DNA of 64,000 nucleotides from an uncultured virus (IMG/VR IMGVR_UViG_3300030104_002535) (lineage: Duplodnaviria > Heunggongvirae > Uroviricota > Caudoviricetes). How positions within the stretch are numbered: position 1 is the first letter of the stretch; each line of letters begins with the position of its first letter. Below are positions 27,141 through 36,590 of the stretch, one piece after another. The notes under the pieces were generated by a model. The model made no database searches. It was given only the letters and a program-made list of their open reading frames with translations, and had not been told where the DNA came from. The stretch is from IMG/VR virus record IMGVR_UViG_3300030104_002535; one strand, written 5' to 3'. Both the position numbers and the translations under genes were made by a program.

Positions 27141-28127
27141 CTATCTCCTTTTTAATTGTATGCTGTTGATACCACCACCGCTTGTGTGGTCTAAACCTGA
27201 TACTTCTACTTCCCATTCATCGTTAGCCGTGTAAACTCCCTCTGAAAATCTTACATAAACTCCGTGTCCTACCGCCTGGAAACCGCCATCTATAATTTCT
27301 CCATCAGTAGTTTTATTTATTTTCAATCCTGATGTATCTCCTACAAAACTGCTAAAAGTAATTGATGAAGCACTTCCTGGAGTTAATGTTCCCCCAGTGT
27401 TAATCTTTACTTTAATTCTATCATAAGTAGTTTGCGGAAGTCCAAAAGTATCTACGATAGTTCCTGTTGTATTACTATTAATAGATATTTCTTTAACTAT
27501 TTTATCTCTACCATCTTCATCTTGATTAAGTGATACAACGCCTTTTCTTATTAAATCAAGGATTCCTGTTTGTTCTACGGGGTTATAAGCCATATCTTGT
27601 ATTTCAGTTCCTCTTTCGTTATCATAGGGCATAATTGCTAAACTTGCAGATAGTAAAGCAGTTGCTCTAACAATTATTTCAGGGTATTCTCTACCTAAAC
27701 TATCCCCTGTTCCGACACCCTTTATCTTATATACAGGCTTATTAATATAAGAACGCACAAAGTCGGAACTTCTTGATATAAACTCTGTAAAAAGAGTTTT
27801 ATTATCCCTACCTGTCATAACGACAACATCGTAATTTGGATTATTACTTCCTGTTGGTCTAAAATAAACGACATCGTCATCTTCATCAAAATAAAATTTA
27901 TTATCTGCGTTTACATCACTAACTGATGAAACTGATGTTTGTTCAATATCGTTTTCATAAAGCATAGTAAATTTACCTACACTTCCTGCTTTCCAAATTT
28001 GACTACTACCGCTTCCGCTATGACTTACCCAATTATTGATAGTTCGTTTTCTGTCATAATCAAATACAAATGGTGCAACTAATTGAATATCTTCAATAGT
28101 GCAATAATTCTCAAGATAAGTACTCAT
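27141..28127 (-). CDS. Putative head-tail connector/virion structural protein
   Basis: YCT..DI start and S..V.SYI...Y pattern typical of adaptors; AGGAG RBS. Confidence 0.45.
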   Translation of the reverse strand: MSTYLENYCTIEDIQLVAPFVFDYDRKRTINNWVSHSGSGSSQIWKAGSVGKFTMLYENDIEQTSVSSVSDVNADNKFYFDEDDDVVYFRPTGSNNPNYDVVVMTGRDNKTLFTEFISRSSDFVRSYINKPVYKIKGVGTGDSLGREYPEIIVRATALLSASLAIMPYDNERGTEIQDMAYNPVEQTGILDLIRKGVVSLNQDEDGRDKIVKEISINSNTTGTIVDTFGLPQTTYDRIKVKINTGGTLTPGSASSITFSSFVGDTSGLKINKTTDGEIIDGGFQAVGHGVYVRFSEGVYTANDEWEVEVSGLDHTSGGGINSIQLKRR

Positions 28128-28281
28128 TTTTAAATTCTCCTATTAATTCTGGAACTTCTAAATTTTCTATTATGCGATGTAATTCAGGCTCAAAATGTGC
28201 TTTTTCTCTATCAGATATTGTTTTAGCTTTTAACATAGCAGATAGTTCTTTTAATTTTTTTATTGCTTCGCCTAATTCCAT
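28111..28281 (-). CDS. Small hypothetical protein, 56 aa (not in ORF track)
   Basis: MELGEAIKKLKELSAML...; fills the gap in the operon. Confidence 0.55.
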   Translation of the reverse strand: MELGEAIKKLKELSAMLKAKTISDREKAHFEPELHRIIENLEVPELIGEFKNEYLS

Positions 28282-29048
28282 TGTTTTCCCTTTATTATTT
28301 TATTGTTCCAAGTTGTTATTCCATCGTGAATATCTAATGTTATAAGATTAAAATATCCATCATCAAAAAAGTCAATGACGCCTACGTTATGAGTCCAATT
28401 AACTTTTCTTCCTTTTAAAAAATCTTTTTTTATTTTACACAAGCAACCCATACTTTGAGCAATATGCACTCCTGATATATGTTGCACCACACTTCTTTGG
28501 CAATCGTGGGTATGCCCATAGATTATATTACAACCTAAGTTTTGGACTGTTGTCCTGCTATGGTTTATAGAACTATAATGCCCGCCGTGATAAGCGTAAA
28601 GTTTGCTGTTTTCTATTTTAAATATTTCCCCATAAGGATACCAATCATAACCCCTTTCTTTTATTTTAAAAAGATTTTCAGGTTTATATTGTTCTAAATA
28701 AGGGTTTTCTTCAACAAAAGCATTATACCAATTATCGTGGTTTCCCATAGCTAAATACTTTTTTTTGCAACCTACTTCTTTTAAAGCATAATCAATTCTA
28801 TCCATATGCATATTAATTTCTTCTGCTTCTTTATCAATCATTGGTAATTGATATTCTAATGGTGGGCGTTTTCTTCTACTCCAACGCCAATGAGAAACAT
28901 ACTCTCCCTCAGCAAAATCGCCTAAATTAATAAATATGTTTGGTTTAACTTGCTTAATTACTTCCAATGCACAACTAAAAGCTTCTTCATCGTGTAGTGG
29001 AAAGTGCATATCACCAAATATTATTCCAGTCTTTTTAACTTTTCTCAT
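28272..29048 (-). CDS. Calcineurin-like metallophosphoesterase
   Basis: GDMH, LGDF, GNHD, YHG, GHTH motifs. Confidence 0.9.
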   Translation of the reverse strand: MRKVKKTGIIFGDMHFPLHDEEAFSCALEVIKQVKPNIFINLGDFAEGEYVSHWRWSRRKRPPLEYQLPMIDKEAEEINMHMDRIDYALKEVGCKKKYLAMGNHDNWYNAFVEENPYLEQYKPENLFKIKERGYDWYPYGEIFKIENSKLYAYHGGHYSSINHSRTTVQNLGCNIIYGHTHDCQRSVVQHISGVHIAQSMGCLCKIKKDFLKGRKVNWTHNVGVIDFFDDGYFNLITLDIHDGITTWNNKIIKGKQWN

Positions 29049-29518
29049 ACGTCTAATGCCCTCTTATACCAACCATAATAAAATCGTTCTTGTTCTGGTT
29101 GTTGTTGAACTATCTTTGCGTAAAATAAACATCTATACGCCTGTAAACGCCCTTTTGTAAGTTTAACGGCACTTTGTATCGTTATATCGCCGATAAGCCC
29201 GTCAACAGCTATTTTAGAACGTTTATTGCTATTTATAGCTTGTTGAAGTATCTTAGTTGCCCTGGATTTACCTAAATTGACGCACATATCAAAATATGTT
29301 GCCTGTAAATGTTCAGGTAGCTTTTCAGCTTTTGAGGGCTTCCAATAATCTCTATAATAGATTGCGATAGCATCTTCTTTTGATAAATTTTTAATATCAA
29401 CGTTAGGATACCACCTTTTTGATATGCCAAAGTTAGTTTCTCCACCTTTATCAAGTGAATCATTAACATATCCGCCCTCGTGCTGAATTACTTTATTAAT
29501 TATTTCTTCAAAACTCAT
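29045..29518 (-). CDS. Endolysin, GH108 family with peptidoglycan-binding domain
   Basis: HEGGYVND..D.GGETNFGIS, YW, VDG.IG..T, F..GW..R; start MSFEE at ATGA overlap with the holin stop. Confidence 0.9.
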   Translation of the reverse strand: MSFEEIINKVIQHEGGYVNDSLDKGGETNFGISKRWYPNVDIKNLSKEDAIAIYYRDYWKPSKAEKLPEHLQATYFDMCVNLGKSRATKILQQAINSNKRSKIAVDGLIGDITIQSAVKLTKGRLQAYRCLFYAKIVQQQPEQERFYYGWYKRALDV

Positions 29519-29883
29519 ACAGACTTTTTGACTTTTTCGTACGTACGCATTCCCGCCATACCTAAAAGCCCCATCAAGACTGTTGTCAATGTTCCCATAT
29601 CGAACTCTGGAAGTTCTATCTGCATACCATTTGCTGTTAGTATAAATAGCAAAAATGGTTGCAAAACATAATGATATGCGAACGCACTTGCACAAACCCA
29701 ACCTAAAAATGGACGCCACCTTACGAGGATTCCTGTTTGCCCTGCTTCAACTTTATTAACTTCAAGCTGTGCTTTGTTAATCTCTTGCATAAGCTGTGCT
29801 TTTTCTGCTTTGTCAAGTGTAAAGTCATCTATTTTATCTGCTACTTTATCTATGATTCCTGCTACAACATTTAATTTAGGCAT
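29515..29883 (-). CDS. Holin (3TM/GTA-holin-like)
   Basis: NKVEA...WRPFLGWVC...LMGLLGMAGMRTYEK; directly upstream of lysin. Confidence 0.85.
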   Translation of the reverse strand: MPKLNVVAGIIDKVADKIDDFTLDKAEKAQLMQEINKAQLEVNKVEAGQTGILVRWRPFLGWVCASAFAYHYVLQPFLLFILTANGMQIELPEFDMGTLTTVLMGLLGMAGMRTYEKVKKSV

Positions 29884-30100
29884 CTTTTTCTTCTTTCTTA
29901 TCATCTTTTTTATTTACAGATTCAGTAAGCATTTTTACAAAGGCTCCCTCTGCAACGCTTTCTTTATCTATTTGAAACATTAATTGACTTTTATTTCTAC
30001 GACAAGTATCAATGTGTTCTACTAATATTTGTTGTTCCTGTGATAACGAATCAAAATCATAGTCTTTTTCATCAATCGTTATTTTTCTTTCTTCACTCAT
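29876..30100 (-). CDS. Small coiled-coil protein
   Basis: AGGAG RBS; ITID.KDY...LS.EQ pattern, loosely like 51005-51238. Confidence 0.6.
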   Translation of the reverse strand: MSEERKITIDEKDYDFDSLSQEQQILVEHIDTCRRNKSQLMFQIDKESVAEGAFVKMLTESVNKKDDKKEEKDA

Positions 30101-30130
30101 TATTAACTCCTGTTTATTATTAAATAAATT

Positions 30131-30469
30131 TTATCTTGGTAAATGTCCTGCTGTTTGACAACTTCTTCCAACAGGGAACTCAGACATTTTATGTTGGTTG
30201 GGGTCTGTTTGGTCAAATGAGCTATCAAGGTTGTTAGCCACAAGCCAATTAGCTAAATACCCCTCTGATATTGTAATGCTTTCGCCAAACCCCAATGTTT
30301 GAACATTCGGATTACTATTGAAAGACATACTTGGTGTTCCTATTGATAACCCTCTTAAACTGATATCTGTTGTTTGATTTAAATTACAAGATTCAGCAAT
30401 ATCATTTTTTAACCTTAGCCCAACTGAGCCACTTGCCCCTGCGTGATTAGGTATTACAGGTATTGACAT
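30131..30469 (-). CDS. Hypothetical protein downstream of fibre
   Basis: TAATG-coupled ORF. Confidence 0.6.
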   Translation of the reverse strand: MSIPVIPNHAGASGSVGLRLKNDIAESCNLNQTTDISLRGLSIGTPSMSFNSNPNVQTLGFGESITISEGYLANWLVANNLDSSFDQTDPNQHKMSEFPVGRSCQTAGHLPR

Positions 30470-30708
30470 TATTCAGCATCTCTAATTGTTTCTAATTCTG
30501 TAATTTCTTGGTTTACTGCTGCTAATTGTGATTCAATACTAGCTTTTTTTGTTTCGGCATTTGTCAACGCTTCGCTTAAAAGATTATTTTCTGTATAATC
30601 TAATACTTCAATATCATTACCTTCTGCATCTATTGCAGATCTTGTATGTTTAATTTGAACCATTTTGACGTCATCGCCATTTGGTATTTCTGTTATGATT
30701 TTAGGCAT
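30469..30708 (-). CDS. Small coiled-coil protein (possible fibre assembly factor)
   Basis: Overlaps the fibre stop. Confidence 0.55.
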   Translation of the reverse strand: MPKIITEIPNGDDVKMVQIKHTRSAIDAEGNDIEVLDYTENNLLSEALTNAETKKASIESQLAAVNQEITELETIRDAE

Positions 30709-33700
30709 TTTTTTAATTCCTCTATTTCTTGTTGTTGTTCTTGAATTGCTTTAATTAAAACAGATACCATTTTTCCGTAGTCCACTGTTTTAAATTCTTT
30801 TTCTGTTTTAAGATCTTTATGTTCTTTCACTATTTCAGGTATTATTTCTTCTATTTCTTGTGCTATAACACCAATGTCGTGGGCCTTATCTCTTTTTTCT
30901 TTCCAATCATATTCTACTGGATTGATTTGCAATACTTCTTTAAGCCCGTAAGATATTGGCTTGATATTTTCTTTTAATCTTCTATCGGATCCTGTGCTAC
31001 TTGAAAAAGCCACTACGTCATTATCAAAATGTCCTGCACCGCTTGTTGTAAATAAAACTTCTGGTCCACCTAAGGCGTCATCACCAGCATCAAATTTTAA
31101 ATCAGCATTATTAGTATCTATACCAAATCTCCAAGCTACTACACCTTGTCTTTCCATTTTAATATTACACAAAGCATTTCCAGGATTTATATGTAATAAA
31201 GCATCAGGATCATTATGCCCAACCGCTATACGCCCTGTGCCGTCTTCAATTAATAATCTTGTAGCAACACCATTTTCATCTATTTGCAAGTTTCCAGCAT
31301 TATTAAATATGTCATACTGATTTGTAGTTCCTTTAATATGTAAATATGAAGCATTTCCTGATCCAGTACTTTCTATTTTTAAATTAGCTGTATTATTAAC
31401 AACGTGCAGCTCACTATCGGGGCTTCCTGTACCAATTCCTACACGATTATTCCCGCCGTCTACAAATAACATATTAGCATCGCCATTAGATTCAACTCTA
31501 AAATCACAATTTTTACTATGCTCATTAAATACTACATTAGAATTATATACTCCAAAGGTATTAATATCTGCACCATAAAAATAGTCGCCCCTTCCATTAC
31601 CTACTTCTTCTCCCGTTACACTTGGGCTTGATTCTTGTGTTAATGGATTTTCAATACTCCAATTAGGATTATATTTATCTCTTGTAAACATAACACGCAT
31701 TGATTGAGTGTTATTACCTTGATCTGTGCTAACAGAAAAATATGCTTGTAATTCTGTTGTGGATCCAGTTTCTATAATTCTGACTTTTGTAATATCATTT
31801 GTTCTGTTTACAATATTACACCTGTTTAAATTACCGCTCCAATCTACTTCAAAATCACAAGTAAATGTTCTAGGGCTATAATAACCACCAGTAAATCCAA
31901 TACTAATCGTACCGCCACCTCTTGCATTTGCACTAGAAGCACTTGCTATTGTATACCAACCTGACGCTGTTGGGCTTGTTACACCTGCATAATCTGTGAC
32001 TAAAACACTTCTACTTCTGTTGGATCCCATAGCGTCGCCAATATTAATTGGAATTTTTGCAGAGTCTATAATAATAGTTCCGTCCATTTTATAAGAATTA
32101 CCAATGTCAATATGATTTGCAATAGTGACATTTCCAGATCCGTCAAATGTGACTCTATCTGTGCCGTTATCTACATCTCTAAATCTAAGGCTTGCACCAT
32201 TTGTTCCAATAGTAGTGATTGCCCACCTGTCTGTTCCGCTTGTTCTAAATCTTATACCTGCATTACCATTATGAGTTGCGGTTTCGGTTATAATACCGCC
32301 ACTACCAGCACCAGTTCCAGCTTCTTGAACGTGTAGCTTCGCTGCTCCCGAAGTAGTACCAATCCCGACATTACCTGCTGCCATTAAATTAATATCATAA
32401 CCACCATAAGTTCTAATTTCTAAATCATTACTAACTCTATTAATTACAGCATTTGTGTCTTCAAATTCTACTTGGTCGCCATGTCTTGTATTTTTATGTA
32501 TAGTAGTTCTTGTAGTTCCATAGGTTAACAGCATAGCATTATTGGTAGTATCTCTTAGATATAATACATCTTCTCCACTATTATTATATTGAAGAAAGTT
32601 AGTATTACCATTTGTAAATGCTACACCATAATTAGTAGTGATTGAACTTGTTACACTTAATAATCCACCAATATCTATATTAGCACCAGTGACTATACTG
32701 CCACTGAAAGTTGTATTACTATTGATATACATTTGTGCAGCATTATTTGATAAATCTTTAACAGCAATAGCATCTCTACCTAAAAACATTAATCTTGCAT
32801 TGTCTTCAAGTTTTAATAAAGAAGTACTACCACTACCAGTAGTTTTAATGTGTAGTTTAGTATCTGGCGATGTTTCCCCTATGCCCAATCGTCCAGTTCC
32901 AGTAAGTCGCATTTGTTCACTACCTGCTGCATAAAATCTCATTACTTCTGCACTATCTTGAAAGTAAATACCCTCTCCTGCATAACCACCACTATTACCT
33001 ACATGACCACCATTTGTATCTGCTGCTATAATAATTCCTGCGTGAGAACTATCTGTATCATTAAATCTTGCTAAATTACTCCCGTCACTATTTGATACGT
33101 GCAACACTCCTGTTGGGCTAGTATTACCAATCCCAACTTTTCCTGCTGAAGTAATTCTTAATCTTTCAGTACTTCCTGTTCGCAAAGATATTGCAGCTGA
33201 ATCTTGTGCTAAAAGTGTTAAATCACCAGTACCTCTATGCATAATTCTTGTTTCTGCATTAGCACCACCATACCTAATAAACCTACCACCATAATCTGTA
33301 TATGTAGTATCTCCAATTAAATCTACAAAAGATGTTACATCTTGCGTTGCACCTAAACCTATTTCAATTCTTCTATTATCTGTTGTTGTTAAAAGATTTA
33401 ATGCAGCACCGTCAAAAGTAAGTGCTGATTCTACTGTTGCCTCATCTGAATCTTTGTATGTTAATAAACCGTTAGCAGTAGAGCCGTCAAATGATATGCC
33501 TGTACTAAAACCTGTTGCATTAAATGTAGTAAGTCTTATTTCACTCATTGCTTTTCTTTTTAAAGTTGTATCGCCACTATCAATAACTAATAATTCATCA
33601 GCCCCAAGATTGTTAGAAGTCATGTCAGTCAAATATCCTTGAAACTCACTAGCATCTAAACTTATTGTAGCAGAATAACTACCGCTTGTGGTATTGCTTT

Positions 33701-36590
33701 GTGATATGTCTAACGGATTACTTGCAGTAATACTAACACCAGTCATATCTCCACTACTAGAATTAGCATCTACATACGCCTTAACACTTTGTTGTGTAGG
33801 TATATGCTGGTCACTATCAGAAGCCATATCATCTTCATCTTTAGTTGGAAGCCTATCTATATCAAAAGCTCCAGTTGTAATTTTACTTGCTGGTAAACTA
33901 CCTACATAAGCAGCAGCTATTGCTGTTCCTTGCCAAGTACCAGTACTAATAGTTCCAACAGAAGTAATACTTGTTGAATTGTTTGAGTGAAAGATTTTAT
34001 TACCATATCTACCTATACTATCAAAATTAGTTTCACTATCTCTACCAGTTCTAAAATATAATTCATCGCTGTAATGTGCATAAAGTTCTAAACTTCTTGT
34101 ACTTCCACCTACTCCAGTAAAAGAAACTAATAAAGTACTATGTCCAGTTTCATTTACTTGATATAGTCCAGTTGCTTTTGCATTTTCTGTATCAGTTCCA
34201 CCAGTTAAACTGCCAAGATTTTCTTTAAAAATTGTTGAAGGTATTCTTGCTGTATCAAATGTACCTGAAGTTATCTTGCTGGCTGCTAAATTTGCTATTC
34301 TATCTGCTGCTACTGTACCACTCGTAATTAAGTCTCCACTATGGTTTCCTAAATTTAATGTTTGTACGTGATTTCCAGCATTTGTTGTTACACTTCCAGA
34401 TAATCCAGTGCCAGCAGTTATTGCAACTTGTGTAATATCTCCATTGTTATTGGTAAAAGGTAAATCTTCTACAAATATTTTTTTAAGACCTACACCATTG
34501 TCGTGAAACATTAAAGTATCACTTGATGCGTCTAAACTATTAGCTGAAGATAATCCATCTATGTTAACAGATATAGCATCTGTTGCCACGCTAATACCAG
34601 AACCAGCTCCTACGTGGATATTTCTACTTGCTTCTATAGTTCCACCACCTGTTAATCCTGCTCCTGCAAAAATTGTTACTCCACTATGGTCTACGTGCTC
34701 TTCAGCTACAAAGCCACTTAAATTATCGTGCACAATTTCTGAATCGTTAGTACTTACTGAATTTGTTGCAACGCTTATACCAGTACCAGCACCTACTGCC
34801 AAGGTAACTCCACCTGAGCTACCACTACCACTTAATCCTGCACCGCCAGTAATAGATGTAATTGTACCAGAACTATTTGTAAAAGGTAAATCACTTACCG
34901 TTCCTATTTGAACAGAATTAGAATTTGATGCATCAAAAAATATTATATGGTCATTTGCTGCTATATCATCAGATATAGTAGAAAGTGCACTATAAGCTAT
35001 GTCTACTGCATTAGTAGTTACAGCTAAACTACTTGAACCTACTGCAAGTGTCGCTGTACCTGAACTTGTTATTGCAGAACCGCCACCTGTTAGTCCGTCA
35101 CCACCAGTGACTGTAACAGATGTTACTGTACCAGCATTAGATGTAAATCCTGAATCGTTGTTAAAACCAGATAAATTAATATTACCTTTTGTAAGTTTTT
35201 TCTGGGCATTAGAACTATCAACTACTGCAAAAAAGTCTCCGTCTCCGTCTGATACGGATGTGTTAAGTTCTGATAAGTCTACATCTATAGTTGGTGTAGC
35301 TCCCTCTCCACTATTGTTTTGCAAATCAATTAAACTACCTGCAGTCAATGTGGCTACATAATTACCAGTTGTTTTTGTTCCTAATGCTACGCTATTATTA
35401 GCAATCGTTGTATCAATACTTACTGCTGCACTACCATCAAAACCTGCTCCTGGTGTTACACCTGTTATATCTCCAGTTAATGTTATATCTCTAGCATTTG
35501 CAAGCTTAGTTGCTGTTCCTGCATTACCTGAAGCATTACCAGTTACATTACCTTCTAAATCTGCAACTAATGTTCCAGTAGATATAGTTAAGTTCCCAGT
35601 AGCACTTGGTGTTGAGGTTGTTGTACCTAAAGTAAATTTATCAGCAGATTCGTCCCATATAATTGCTGCATTATTTCCAGCACTACCTCTTTCTATAATT
35701 AATCCTGAATCATTTGTATTATTAGATACTCCACGATTTAATCCTATAATATTATCTGATACATCTAAATTTGTTTGGTTTACAGTAGTTGTAGTTCCAT
35801 TAACTTGTAAATCTCCAGTAATAGTTAAGTTATTGTCTAATTGTACTGCACCAGTAAATCTACCAGTTCCATTAACATCTAAAGTATAACTTGGTGTATC
35901 ATCTAAAATACCTACTCTTGAATTTCCAGCATCTCCAAATATTAGTGCATTAAAACCATCATCGAAAACCAAAAAATCATAATCAGCAGCATGTGTATTA
36001 AATTGAGCTCTATTAGGTGTAAATGTCATTCTTGCCTGGTTATGGCTAATAATTTCAAAATTAGTTGAAGTCGTAGTTCCTATTGACCCTAAACCACCTG
36101 CACTTTGCATAATTGTAGTAGCAGGTGTATTATTGCCTACATTATCTGTTACAGATAATCTTGGTGTATTAGCATCAGTAAAATCTATATCTCCAGTAAA
36201 GATAGGACTTGCTAAAGTTTTGTTTGATAATGTTTGAGTGCCTGTAAGTGTTACTACTGTAGAATCAATAGATATATCATCTGCATTAGCATCTATACCT
36301 GTACCGCCAACTACGTCTAAAGTAATCTCTCCAGAAAGACCGCCACCAGTAAGACCAGCACCAGCTATGATTTCATGAATGTTTCCTGTTTCGTCTGTAT
36401 CTGTTGACAAGGTAGGAGATACCTGTGTAAATTCTTGTTGATATACAATACCATTTCTTTTTTCTTGTTTAAATAGTACACCTTTTTCAAGAAAAGAAAT
36501 AGACTCACCTTCTCTTATGTTTGATATAGAAGGTCGTACCTTAAAGAAGGAGTCAATATTGTTGACTAAGTGTTTGCCAGATTTAGGCAT
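30693..36590 (-). CDS. Long tail fibre with C-terminal peptidase S74 intramolecular chaperone (possibly chimeric: phage B N-terminus, phage A/shared C-terminus)
   Basis: AG.GL.G shaft repeats, repeated VGIG...P...LHV units, SDRRLKENIK...IGVIAQE...VDY...LIKAIQEQQ. Confidence 0.9.
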   Translation of the reverse strand: MPKSGKHLVNNIDSFFKVRPSISNIREGESISFLEKGVLFKQEKRNGIVYQQEFTQVSPTLSTDTDETGNIHEIIAGAGLTGGGLSGEITLDVVGGTGIDANADDISIDSTVVTLTGTQTLSNKTLASPIFTGDIDFTDANTPRLSVTDNVGNNTPATTIMQSAGGLGSIGTTTSTNFEIISHNQARMTFTPNRAQFNTHAADYDFLVFDDGFNALIFGDAGNSRVGILDDTPSYTLDVNGTGRFTGAVQLDNNLTITGDLQVNGTTTTVNQTNLDVSDNIIGLNRGVSNNTNDSGLIIERGSAGNNAAIIWDESADKFTLGTTTSTPSATGNLTISTGTLVADLEGNVTGNASGNAGTATKLANARDITLTGDITGVTPGAGFDGSAAVSIDTTIANNSVALGTKTTGNYVATLTAGSLIDLQNNSGEGATPTIDVDLSELNTSVSDGDGDFFAVVDSSNAQKKLTKGNINLSGFNNDSGFTSNAGTVTSVTVTGGDGLTGGGSAITSSGTATLAVGSSSLAVTTNAVDIAYSALSTISDDIAANDHIIFFDASNSNSVQIGTVSDLPFTNSSGTITSITGGAGLSGSGSSGGVTLAVGAGTGISVATNSVSTNDSEIVHDNLSGFVAEEHVDHSGVTIFAGAGLTGGGTIEASRNIHVGAGSGISVATDAISVNIDGLSSANSLDASSDTLMFHDNGVGLKKIFVEDLPFTNNNGDITQVAITAGTGLSGSVTTNAGNHVQTLNLGNHSGDLITSGTVAADRIANLAASKITSGTFDTARIPSTIFKENLGSLTGGTDTENAKATGLYQVNETGHSTLLVSFTGVGGSTRSLELYAHYSDELYFRTGRDSETNFDSIGRYGNKIFHSNNSTSITSVGTISTGTWQGTAIAAAYVGSLPASKITTGAFDIDRLPTKDEDDMASDSDQHIPTQQSVKAYVDANSSSGDMTGVSITASNPLDISQSNTTSGSYSATISLDASEFQGYLTDMTSNNLGADELLVIDSGDTTLKRKAMSEIRLTTFNATGFSTGISFDGSTANGLLTYKDSDEATVESALTFDGAALNLLTTTDNRRIEIGLGATQDVTSFVDLIGDTTYTDYGGRFIRYGGANAETRIMHRGTGDLTLLAQDSAAISLRTGSTERLRITSAGKVGIGNTSPTGVLHVSNSDGSNLARFNDTDSSHAGIIIAADTNGGHVGNSGGYAGEGIYFQDSAEVMRFYAAGSEQMRLTGTGRLGIGETSPDTKLHIKTTGSGSTSLLKLEDNARLMFLGRDAIAVKDLSNNAAQMYINSNTTFSGSIVTGANIDIGGLLSVTSSITTNYGVAFTNGNTNFLQYNNSGEDVLYLRDTTNNAMLLTYGTTRTTIHKNTRHGDQVEFEDTNAVINRVSNDLEIRTYGGYDINLMAAGNVGIGTTSGAAKLHVQEAGTGAGSGGIITETATHNGNAGIRFRTSGTDRWAITTIGTNGASLRFRDVDNGTDRVTFDGSGNVTIANHIDIGNSYKMDGTIIIDSAKIPINIGDAMGSNRSRSVLVTDYAGVTSPTASGWYTIASASSANARGGGTISIGFTGGYYSPRTFTCDFEVDWSGNLNRCNIVNRTNDITKVRIIETGSTTELQAYFSVSTDQGNNTQSMRVMFTRDKYNPNWSIENPLTQESSPSVTGEEVGNGRGDYFYGADINTFGVYNSNVVFNEHSKNCDFRVESNGDANMLFVDGGNNRVGIGTGSPDSELHVVNNTANLKIESTGSGNASYLHIKGTTNQYDIFNNAGNLQIDENGVATRLLIEDGTGRIAVGHNDPDALLHINPGNALCNIKMERQGVVAWRFGIDTNNADLKFDAGDDALGGPEVLFTTSGAGHFDNDVVAFSSSTGSDRRLKENIKPISYGLKEVLQINPVEYDWKEKRDKAHDIGVIAQEIEEIIPEIVKEHKDLKTEKEFKTVDYGKMVSVLIKAIQEQQQEIEELKKCLKS
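32607..33753. repeat. Diverged copy 2 of shared tail-fibre segment
   Basis: Direct comparison with 1-1103. Confidence 0.95.

Larger units (their letters stand above)
1..32606. mobile_element. Phage A: apparently complete, circularly permuted siphovirus-type genome (~32.6 kb)
   Basis: One full set of packaging, head, long-tail, lysis and early genes. Position 1 matches 32,607 exactly, so joining 1 to 32,606 restores an in-frame fibre gene. Confidence 0.8.

Noticed and set aside
29519..29719. Long N-terminal extension of the endolysin in the ORF track
   Set aside because: It overlaps the holin in another frame; the GH108 domain starts at MSFEE (29518).
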